Shown here: positions 24,773 to 32,502 of the stretch, one piece after another
How the letters are laid out: each line of letters starts with the position of its first letter
How positions within the stretch are numbered: position 1 is the stretch's first letter
From: Thermoanaerobaculia bacterium
GTDB lineage: Bacteria > Acidobacteriota > Thermoanaerobaculia > Multivoradales > UBA5704
Assembly: GCA_035472915.1 (NCBI GenBank)
Contig: DATIOS010000205.1
Span: 1-38,319 of the forward strand
DNA length: 38,319 nucleotides
Direction of reading: 5' to 3'
Made by a program: the position numbers and the translations under genes
The notes under the pieces: generated by a model
Database searches by the model: none
What the model was told of the DNA's origin: nothing
What the model saw: the letters and a program-made list of their open reading frames with translations, nothing else

Positions 24773-27385
24773 ATGCACCGGAACCCGAAACTCCGTTTCA
24801 CCGCCGCATCCCTCTGCCTCCTGATCTCCCTGCCAGCCGGCGCCGTGCCGCCGGCTGCGGCCAATTCCACAGCAAGCCCGCCGCCGCTGACCCTGGAACG
24901 GATCATGGCCGACCCCGACTGGATCGGGAATCCGCCCGAGAACGCCTACTGGGCGGACGACGGCCGCACCATCTTCTACGAGCGGGAGCGCGACGGCGAA
25001 GGCAGGAATCCCAAGGACCTGGTTCGAGTCGATCTCACCACGGGCCAGACGGTCAAGATCGAGGCCGCCGACCGCGGCAAGATGGACGCTCCCGGCGGCG
25101 ACCGCAGCCTCGACCGCAAATGGAAGGTCTATGCACGGGAAGGCGACATCTTCCTCAAGGACCTGACGACCGGCGCCATCCGGCAGATCACCCGCACAGG
25201 AGAGAAAGAGAGCAATCCCCACTTCCTGGCGGATGGCCAGCGCCTCGAGTTCCGCCGCGGCCCCGCGGTTTTCGTCTACGAGATCAGCTCCGGGCTCACC
25301 TCGCAGCCGGCCGACATCCGGCTGGACAAGGACCCTGCCGAGAAGGACGATCCGACGCTGCTGGCGGCGGAGCAGACCCGCCTCTTCGACGTCATCCGGC
25401 AGAAGCAGGAGAAGGAGAAGCGGGACCTCGCGGAAGAGCGGTCCAGGCAGAAGGCGGATCCCACCCGGCCGCCTCTCCCCTGGTACTTCGGCAAGAAGGT
25501 CACCATCGAGGAAGCCCACCTGTCCCCTTCCGGTGCGTGGCTCGCGGTGGTCACCGCCCCCAAACGGGACGACCAGCTCAAGCCCTCGAAGATGCCGGCC
25601 TACGTCACCGAGAGCGGCGAAGTGGAGAGCAAGGACGTCCGCTCCAAAGTCGGCGCCGAAGGTTCCTCGCCCCACTCTCTCACGGTCCTCGACCTCGCCA
25701 AGCACGTGCGCATCGACCTCGACCTCGGAACCCTCCCCGGCATCAAGGACGATCCCCTGAAGTCGCTGAAGGATGCCGCCAAGGCCCGCAAGGAGGCGGA
25801 GAAGGCGAAGAAGAAGGCCGAGGCAAAGGAGGACGGCGAGGCCAAGGACGACGAGAAGGAACAGGACAAAGACGAGGCCACCCAGGAAGAAGAAAAGGGG
25901 AAGGACAAGGACGCCAAAAAGCTGGCCGCCAAGACCGCGGCCACGAAGGACCAGGACAAAGACAAGGAGAAAGAAAAGGAAGAGAAGGACAAGAAGCCCG
26001 AGCCGCGCCCCGTGGAGATATCGGGTCTTTCCTGGTCGGAGGACGGCAGCCAGCTCGCCGTCATGGTGCGCTCCCGCGACAACAAGGACCGCTGGATCGC
26101 CACCTGGGACGCCGGCAGCCGCAAGCTCAAATCCCGCCACCGGCTGACCGACCCGGCATGGATCAACTGGGACTTCAATGTCCAGGGCTGGCTCAAGGAC
26201 AATGAAACGCTCTACTTCCTTTCCGAGGAAGGGGGCTGGTCCCGCCTCTACCTCCTGTCCACCAAGACGGGCAAGATCCGGCCGCTTACACCCGAAGGGC
26301 ACTTCGAGGTGGCCGAGCCCGAACGCAGTTGGGACGGCCGCTCGATCTACTACCTGGCCAACGTCCAACACCCTGGCAACTACGACGTCTGGCGCGTCGA
26401 CGCGGCAACCGGCAAGACGGAGCAGCTCACCCACCTGGGAGGGCTCAACACGTTCGAGCTGTCGCCGAACGAAGACCGGCTTCTCCTCACCCACTCCGGC
26501 ACCACCCGGCCCGACGAGCTCTACATTCAGCCCGCGCAGCCAGCAGCCGAGGCCAAACCGGTGACCCAGACCCGCACCGCCGCCTTCCTGGCCGAGGACT
26601 GGGCGGTGCCGGAGGTCGTGCCCATTGCCTCCACCCACGGCGCGCCGGCGCCCATCTACAGCCGGGTCTACACGCCGAAGGATTTCAACGCGGCGAAGAA
26701 GTACCCGGCGGTGATGTTCGTTCACGGCGCCGGGTATCTGCACAACGTGCACTTCGGGTGGTCGAGCTATTTCCGCGAGTTCATGTTCCACACCCTGCTC
26801 ACCCGCCACGGCTATGTGGTGATCGACATGGACTACCGCGCCTCCGCCGGCTACGGCCGCGCCTGGCGCACGGCGATCTACCGCCAGATGGGTCATCCCG
26901 AGCTCGAAGACCTGCAGGACGGCGTCGCCTGGCTGGTGGCCCACAAGAGCGTCGACCCCAAACGGGTGGGCGTCTACGGCGGCTCCTACGGCGGCTTCAT
27001 GACCTACATGGCCCTTTTCCGCGCGCCCGACCTCTTCGCCGCCGGGGCCGCTCTCCGCCCCGTCTCCGACTGGACCTACTACAACGACGATTACACCTCG
27101 AACATCCTCAACCGGCCGGAAGAGGACCCGGACGCGTACACCAAGAGCTCGCCGATCGAATACGTGGCGGGCCTCCGGAAGCCGCTGCTGATCTGCGACG
27201 GCATGCTGGACGACAATGTTTTCTTCCAAGATAACGTGCGCCTGGTGCAGCGGCTCATCGAGCTGAAAAAGGAGAATTTCGAAACCGCGATCTATCCCGT
27301 GGAGAGCCATGGCTTCGTCCAGCCCACCAGCTGGCTCGACGAGTACCGGCGGATCTACAAGCTGTTCGAGAGGTATCTGAAGTAG
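24773..27385 (+). CDS. S9 family serine peptidase (prolyl oligopeptidase/DPP-like) with low-complexity insertion
   Basis: C-terminal alpha/beta hydrolase domain with GVYGGSYGGFMT (GxSxGG nucleophile), LLICDGMLDDNV (Asp) and YPVESHGF (His). The N-terminal region is propeller-like. ATG 24773 gives the signal peptide MHRNPKLRFTAASLCLLISLPAGA. Confidence 0.85.
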   Translation: MHRNPKLRFTAASLCLLISLPAGAVPPAAANSTASPPPLTLERIMADPDWIGNPPENAYWADDGRTIFYERERDGEGRNPKDLVRVDLTTGQTVKIEAADRGKMDAPGGDRSLDRKWKVYAREGDIFLKDLTTGAIRQITRTGEKESNPHFLADGQRLEFRRGPAVFVYEISSGLTSQPADIRLDKDPAEKDDPTLLAAEQTRLFDVIRQKQEKEKRDLAEERSRQKADPTRPPLPWYFGKKVTIEEAHLSPSGAWLAVVTAPKRDDQLKPSKMPAYVTESGEVESKDVRSKVGAEGSSPHSLTVLDLAKHVRIDLDLGTLPGIKDDPLKSLKDAAKARKEAEKAKKKAEAKEDGEAKDDEKEQDKDEATQEEEKGKDKDAKKLAAKTAATKDQDKDKEKEKEEKDKKPEPRPVEISGLSWSEDGSQLAVMVRSRDNKDRWIATWDAGSRKLKSRHRLTDPAWINWDFNVQGWLKDNETLYFLSEEGGWSRLYLLSTKTGKIRPLTPEGHFEVAEPERSWDGRSIYYLANVQHPGNYDVWRVDAATGKTEQLTHLGGLNTFELSPNEDRLLLTHSGTTRPDELYIQPAQPAAEAKPVTQTRTAAFLAEDWAVPEVVPIASTHGAPAPIYSRVYTPKDFNAAKKYPAVMFVHGAGYLHNVHFGWSSYFREFMFHTLLTRHGYVVIDMDYRASAGYGRAWRTAIYRQMGHPELEDLQDGVAWLVAHKSVDPKRVGVYGGSYGGFMTYMALFRAPDLFAAGAALRPVSDWTYYNDDYTSNILNRPEEDPDAYTKSSPIEYVAGLRKPLLICDGMLDDNVFFQDNVRLVQRLIELKKENFETAIYPVESHGFVQPTSWLDEYRRIYKLFERYLK

Positions 27386-27431
27386 GCCCGGCTCCCGGCG
27401 GCGCCGCGCAGTGTAAGATCTCGCCATCGGT

Positions 27432-28337
27432 ATGCAAGGAGATCCGCACCGCCCGTCCAGTCCAGGGCCGGCGCTCACGGCCAACGCCGAGGGCGACGAC
27501 GCCAGGGTCAGCGACGCGACGCTCATCGGCCGCACGGCGGCGGGAGACCGCGCCGCCTTCGAGCGGCTCGCCCGGCGCCACCAGGCCGCGGTATTCCGCT
27601 TCGCCCGCGCCCTGGCCCACGACGAAACGGATGCCGAGATGGCCATCCAGGAGACCTTCCTGGCCGTCTGGCGGGCCGCCGCCCGTTTCCGCTACGACGC
27701 CTCGGCCCGCATCTGGCTGCTGTCCATCGCCCGCCATGCCATCTACCGCCGCCACCGGCGCTGGGCGGACGATCCGACGCCCTTCGTCTCGTTGCGGGAG
27801 CAGGGGAAGGCCGCCGGCTGGGGGATCGAGGATCAGAGCTTCGTCGATCGCCTGGTGGACGCCGAAACCTTGGCCGGCGCCCTGGCGGGGCTCTCGACCG
27901 AAGACCGCGAGATCCTCATTCTGTGCGAGCTCGAAGGGCTGTCGCCGGCGGACGCCGCCGGCGTCGCCGGGCTCTCCGAGGGCACGGCCCGCAACCGGCT
28001 GCACCGCGCCCGCCTGCGGCTGATGACGAAGCTGCGGGAAGCCGCCGGCGACGGCGATCGGGAAGAGCCCGGCGACCGCAACGACCGGATGGTGGCCGGG
28101 CTCCACTGCGGCGAAGTGCTGGCCGAGCTCACGGCGTTCCTCGACGGCGAGCTGCCGGCCGACCGCGCCCACCGCATTCAGGAGCACGTGAAGGACTGCG
28201 AAGACTGCGAGCGTTTCGGCAGCGAATTCTCCGCCGCGGTGTTCGCCCTGCGGGAGATCCTCCGCGAGCCCGAGCGCGACGAAGACGTCGAAGCTCGCCT
28301 GCTGTCGCGCCTGCACGCCGAGACCGCGGCGGATTGA
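27432..28337 (+). CDS. ECF-type sigma-70 factor with C-terminally fused ZAS-like anti-sigma domain
   Basis: Region 2 (FERLARRHQAAVFRFARAL...ETFLAVWRAAARF) and region 4 (LSTEDREILILCELEGLSPADAAGVAGLSEGTARNRLHRARLRL) are present. The C-terminal segment LHCGEVLAELTAFLDGELPADRAHRIQEHVKDCEDCERF carries the H-x3-C-x2-C zinc anti-sigma motif. Confidence 0.8.
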   Translation: MQGDPHRPSSPGPALTANAEGDDARVSDATLIGRTAAGDRAAFERLARRHQAAVFRFARALAHDETDAEMAIQETFLAVWRAAARFRYDASARIWLLSIARHAIYRRHRRWADDPTPFVSLREQGKAAGWGIEDQSFVDRLVDAETLAGALAGLSTEDREILILCELEGLSPADAAGVAGLSEGTARNRLHRARLRLMTKLREAAGDGDREEPGDRNDRMVAGLHCGEVLAELTAFLDGELPADRAHRIQEHVKDCEDCERFGSEFSAAVFALREILREPERDEDVEARLLSRLHAETAAD

Positions 28338-28350
28338 GCGCGCCCAAGCG

Positions 28351-30432
28351 CTACGGGCTGTTCGGGTGGTTGAAGTAGACGCGCTCGCCTCGCGCTTCCA
28401 GCATCCCGTTCTGCAAGGCCCAGTGGAACACCCGCTCCATCCGCACACGAATGGCGAAGGTGACCTGGCTGAAACCGAGATGGGCGGCCACGGCGCGGAC
28501 GAGCTCACCCTGCTCCAGCTCGACGCCCCGCAGCAGGGTCTGCGCCGTGAGCACGAGGAATTGATAGTCATAGCGGCCGAAAGTCGGCGTCGAGCCGGCG
28601 ATGAGATCACCCTCACGGGTCACGATGCGGCGCGCGAGCGCGATCTCCAAGTGCTTTTCCAGATGGGCGCGCACGCTCTTGCCGAGCTTTGGGCGACCGA
28701 GGCGAGCGGCCACGCGCACGATCAGCTCCTCGCGCGGCAACGCTCCCGCTCCCCAACAGGCCTGACGGACGGCAGCCAGGATGCTCTCGGAAATCGCCTC
28801 CTCGGCGTTCGGCGCCTCGCCCTCCGAGCGCGCCCGGGCCAGGCGTTGGGCGCCGACGCGGTCGAGGAGATCCGCCGCCGGCTCGAAGAATCGCCCTTCG
28901 GCGCGTGCCAGCTCAGCCTCGGTGGGCACCAACTCGCCGTGCATGGCGCGGGCCAGGAGAGCTCGCCAGAGCTTGTGCTCCCGCTCGTCGGCCATCGCCA
29001 CCCGCCGCTCCACCTCGTCGGCGAAAGCGAACAGCTCGCCGACCCGCCGCACGATCTCGTGCTGCTCGGCGAGCGGCGGCGCGGGCACCGGCAAGGTGAG
29101 CAGGCGCGAGACGTTGATGTTCGACTGGCTGACGCAGTCCGTGCGCACCGTCCGCGCCCAGCGCCGGCCCCACGGCGAGTTGATCCAGCCGCAGAGGAAA
29201 TGGCTGGAGAGGAGCCGCTCGTCACATTCGATGCGCACCAGATAGGAGGCGAAAACCGCCGCGAGGTCGAGCTCGTAGACCGCGGCCTTGCCCACCAGCT
29301 CAGGGCTGTTGGTGCGATTGAACAGGATGTCGCCCCGCCGCACCCGGTAGGCTTCGGCGTCGGCCGGCTTGAGGCCCACGTACTTGAGGTCGCAAGCGTC
29401 GATGCGCCCCTCCTGGATGTTGCCCATGCGCAGCATGGCGATGCTGTTTCTGGAATCGCGGTTCGCCTTCACCGACAAGCCATACTGGGCGCGGCGAATG
29501 ACGTCCTGGAGAGCCACCAGGCTCCAGCCCTCCGGGACCTCCGGCGGCTCCAGAGGCTCCGGCGCCTCCCAGCTCGTAGCCGCCAGATTCTTCGGCCGGC
29601 GCGGCGCCCGGCGGTCGTAGGCCTCGGCCTCGCGACAGGCCAGCGCATACTCCTCGCAGCGTAACGCGAAGGCCGAGGGCAGCAGGCCGTGCACTGGATC
29701 GAGATCAGGCCGCCCGGAGCGCCAGTCCTCCGTCAGGCGGCCCGAATAGCCCGCGGCCAACACGGCCTGGCGGAAGCGCCGCTGGGTCTCCGGGATTCGC
29801 GCCAGGCTCTCCTGCACCCGCTGCACGCGCGCCAGGAGCTCGCGCGCCGTCTCGACGATCCGCGTCTGCTCGGCACGCGGCGGCAGGGGGAGGATCACCC
29901 CCGAAAGGAAACTCGAAAAGTTGAGGTTGCGGATGTTCGTCGTCTGCGTCTGGTGCTCGTCGAAGCTGCCGCTCAGGTAGAGATAGTTGAGGGCGAGGTG
30001 GACGTAGCCGGGATCGACCTCGGGGTGAAGCCGCATCTGCCGGCAGAAATTGCTGCAGATGAGCGGCGCGTCGGCGCGCAGGAGAGCCTCTTCGTCGACC
30101 ACCAGCGTGCGGCCCACGGGCTGGCCGGCGCCGCCGCCCGAGACCTCCACCACCAGGTCGCCCGCGGCCAGCTGGCGCTTGGCGAGGCTCGTGCGCTTGA
30201 TCGCCCGCGCCGCGGCCGTGGCCCCCTTGGCGCGATGCCAGTCGCGGAACTCGGTGCTCCGCACGACGCGCACCCGAGCCAGCTCCGGATCCCTCTCCAC
30301 GGCCTCGGGCGGCTCGCCCCAGTCGCCGCCCAAAACGTGGACGACGATCTCTTCCAGAGTGGTCTCCGCCCATCCCTCGGGCAGCTCGCCCTCGCGACGG
30401 CCGATTTCCCAATCGGAGACGGCGCTGGTCAC
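28351..30432 (-). CDS. hsdS: Type I restriction-modification specificity subunit HsdS with about 150-aa C-terminal extension
   Basis: Two target-recognition halves, each opening with a W-x-x-x-x-L motif (GWAETTLEEIV, GWSLVALQDVI) and closing with conserved helices (LPPRAEQTRIVETARELLARV, PAPPLAEQHEIVRRVGELFAF). The GTG start overlaps the hsdM stop (GTGA). Residues after ..ARARSEGEAPNAEEAISESIL have no counterpart in ordinary HsdS. Confidence 0.85.
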   Translation of the reverse strand: MTSAVSDWEIGRREGELPEGWAETTLEEIVVHVLGGDWGEPPEAVERDPELARVRVVRSTEFRDWHRAKGATAAARAIKRTSLAKRQLAAGDLVVEVSGGGAGQPVGRTLVVDEEALLRADAPLICSNFCRQMRLHPEVDPGYVHLALNYLYLSGSFDEHQTQTTNIRNLNFSSFLSGVILPLPPRAEQTRIVETARELLARVQRVQESLARIPETQRRFRQAVLAAGYSGRLTEDWRSGRPDLDPVHGLLPSAFALRCEEYALACREAEAYDRRAPRRPKNLAATSWEAPEPLEPPEVPEGWSLVALQDVIRRAQYGLSVKANRDSRNSIAMLRMGNIQEGRIDACDLKYVGLKPADAEAYRVRRGDILFNRTNSPELVGKAAVYELDLAAVFASYLVRIECDERLLSSHFLCGWINSPWGRRWARTVRTDCVSQSNINVSRLLTLPVPAPPLAEQHEIVRRVGELFAFADEVERRVAMADEREHKLWRALLARAMHGELVPTEAELARAEGRFFEPAADLLDRVGAQRLARARSEGEAPNAEEAISESILAAVRQACWGAGALPREELIVRVAARLGRPKLGKSVRAHLEKHLEIALARRIVTREGDLIAGSTPTFGRYDYQFLVLTAQTLLRGVELEQGELVRAVAAHLGFSQVTFAIRVRMERVFHWALQNGMLEARGERVYFNHPNSP

Positions 30433-31904
30433 GAGCTACCCTGCAGGATTCGCGGCCGTTTCGGCTCCGCGTCGTCTTCCAGCAGCAGGAGAATCGAGGA
30501 CAGCTCGGCGACGGCCTTGCGCAGCTCGGTGATCGCCTCCGTCGCCAGCTCCTCGGGCTCGGGCAGCTCGTCGTCCAGCGACTCCTCTCGCAGCCACTTG
30601 AGACCGTCGATCTTGAAATCGCGGGCGCGGACCTCGGCGATGGAAACCGGCCGCCAACGGTCCTCCTTCGAGTCGGCCGCCGAGCGCCGGGAGCCGCCCA
30701 GAGGATCTCGGCCGTAGCACTCCTCGAAGGCGCGCAGGTGATCGTGGGTCAACGGCCGGTCCTTCTTGGTGATGCGCGGCACGTTGGTGCGCGCGTCGTA
30801 GACCCACACCGTCTCCGTGGGCTGCCCCTTGGTGAAGAAGACGACGTTGGTCTTGGTGCCGGCGCTGTAAGGCGTGAACGTGCCGTTGGGCAGGCGGAGG
30901 ACCGTATGCAGATTGCAGTCGTGGGTGAGCTGCCGGAACACTTCTCCCGCCTGATCGGCGAACAGGCAGTTGTCGGGAACGATCACCGCCGCGCGGCCGC
31001 CGGGCTTCAGTAACGTCATCACGTGCTGCAGGAAATTGAGCTGCTTGTTCGAGGTCTTGACCGCCAGATCGCCGCGCTCCGGCGCCTGATTGGCCCCCTT
31101 GTTGCCGAACGGCGGATTGGTGAGCACGACGTCGAACCGCCGTTTGCCGGGGAGCAGGTCGATCGAATCGCCCTGCTTGATCTCGGGCTCCAGCTCGTGC
31201 AGGAAAAGGTTCATCAACGCCAGCCGCCGCGGGCGGATCACCAGCTCCTGCCCAAAGTAGGTACCGCAGCGCATTCGGCGCAGCAGCTCCGCGTCGGGAG
31301 CGCTGTCGCGGGATTCGGCGAGGAACCACTCGTAGGCCACCACCAGGAAGCCGCCGGTGCCGCACGCCGGATCGCAGATCGTGAAGTCGGGGCTCTCTCG
31401 CGGATCCGGACGCACGCAGCGCACGATGGATTGGATCAGCCGCCGCGGCGTGAAATATTGACCCGCCCCCTTCTTGCCTTCGCTCGCCGCTTTTTCGAGC
31501 AGTCCCTCGAACACCGCGGCCTTGAGATCCACCTCCAGCGCGGTCCACTCCGTCTCGTCGATGAGATCGATCAATCGTTTAAGATTCGCCGGATTGTTGA
31601 AGCGCGACACCGCCTCCTTGAAGATGTCGCTCAGCAGCCCCGGCTGGCAGCCCAGCGTGTTCAACACTCCCGTGTAGTGAGGGATGAGAGACGACGGGTC
31701 TTCCCCTGACAGCACCGGCCACGAGCAGTCGTAGGCCAACTTTCCATCTTCCGGCACGGCGATGCGGCTGAGATCGATTCCGCGCTCATCCGCCATCTTG
31801 AGGAAAAGCAGATAGGTGATCTGTTCGATGTAATCACCATAGTCGATACCGTCATGCCGCAGCGTGTGGCAGAAGCCCCAGAATTTTTGGACAACATCAC
31901 TCAT
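30429..31904 (-). CDS. hsdM: Type I restriction-modification DNA methyltransferase subunit HsdM (N6-adenine)
   Basis: The HsdM_N-like start is VVQKFWGFCHTLRHDGIDYGDYIEQITYLLFLKMADERG. Motif I is ICDPACGTGGFLV and motif IV is VVLTNPPFG. I prefer ATG 31904 (492 aa) over the long track ORF. Confidence 0.9.
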   Translation of the reverse strand: MSDVVQKFWGFCHTLRHDGIDYGDYIEQITYLLFLKMADERGIDLSRIAVPEDGKLAYDCSWPVLSGEDPSSLIPHYTGVLNTLGCQPGLLSDIFKEAVSRFNNPANLKRLIDLIDETEWTALEVDLKAAVFEGLLEKAASEGKKGAGQYFTPRRLIQSIVRCVRPDPRESPDFTICDPACGTGGFLVVAYEWFLAESRDSAPDAELLRRMRCGTYFGQELVIRPRRLALMNLFLHELEPEIKQGDSIDLLPGKRRFDVVLTNPPFGNKGANQAPERGDLAVKTSNKQLNFLQHVMTLLKPGGRAAVIVPDNCLFADQAGEVFRQLTHDCNLHTVLRLPNGTFTPYSAGTKTNVVFFTKGQPTETVWVYDARTNVPRITKKDRPLTHDHLRAFEECYGRDPLGGSRRSAADSKEDRWRPVSIAEVRARDFKIDGLKWLREESLDDELPEPEELATEAITELRKAVAELSSILLLLEDDAEPKRPRILQGSS

Positions 31905-32502
31905 CGGCCGGGCCTCGTCTCCCTTCTTAAATCGGTGGAGGCTAGGAACGGCTGCGTATCGTAACGGATCAGTCATAGAGATTGAAGAGCGTGTGAAAAA
32001 GAGTGAAATCAGTGGTTTCAGGCAAACCTTATGTTTTCGCAGACCGAGGCGTGTTCTATTCCGACGCAACAAAACATCGAGCGGTTCTTCCTTTCGATCC
32101 CTTCGGAATTCTCGGCGGCGATCGTTGACGGCAGACGATGCCGCCGCCGCGCCGGCGACCGGCCGCCCCAGGCTGCGGAGAGATCGCCGAGCGGGAAGCG
32201 GCGGTCCCAACCGAGGACGCGCGCGGCGGGCACCTCACTCCCCGGGAACCGGCAGGCGCTCCCCTGGCTCGCCACCGGAGCTCCTGCCTCCCCGCTCACC
32301 CCTGCAGCGCCTTCCACGACGCGACCGACGCGAGTCCCATCGGGCTGGTTGGAATGGCATCTGAGCGAGAGCATCGGTGCCGCAATGGTACAGCTCTCCC
32401 GGGAAAACTCGAAGAGCAAGCTTACGCAGGGCCTCCCGCGTTCGTAATCTTCTTCTTAACGTCCGGCGAATAGTCTGCCAAGAAATCATCGAGACAAAGA
32501 AG

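Noticed and set aside
24578-27646. 1022-aa minus-strand ORF antisense to the S9 peptidase, and plus-strand off-frame ORFs 25120-26205 and 26329-27234
   Set aside because: They have no recognisable motifs and shadow-frame composition (G/R/V/L/P rich), and they are fully contained in a gene with a clear catalytic triad.
30429-32210. Longer hsdM start (track ORF from 32210, or ATG 31976)
   Set aside because: The upstream 100 residues are R/S/L-rich and lack an RBS. HsdM_N-type similarity starts right after ATG 31904.
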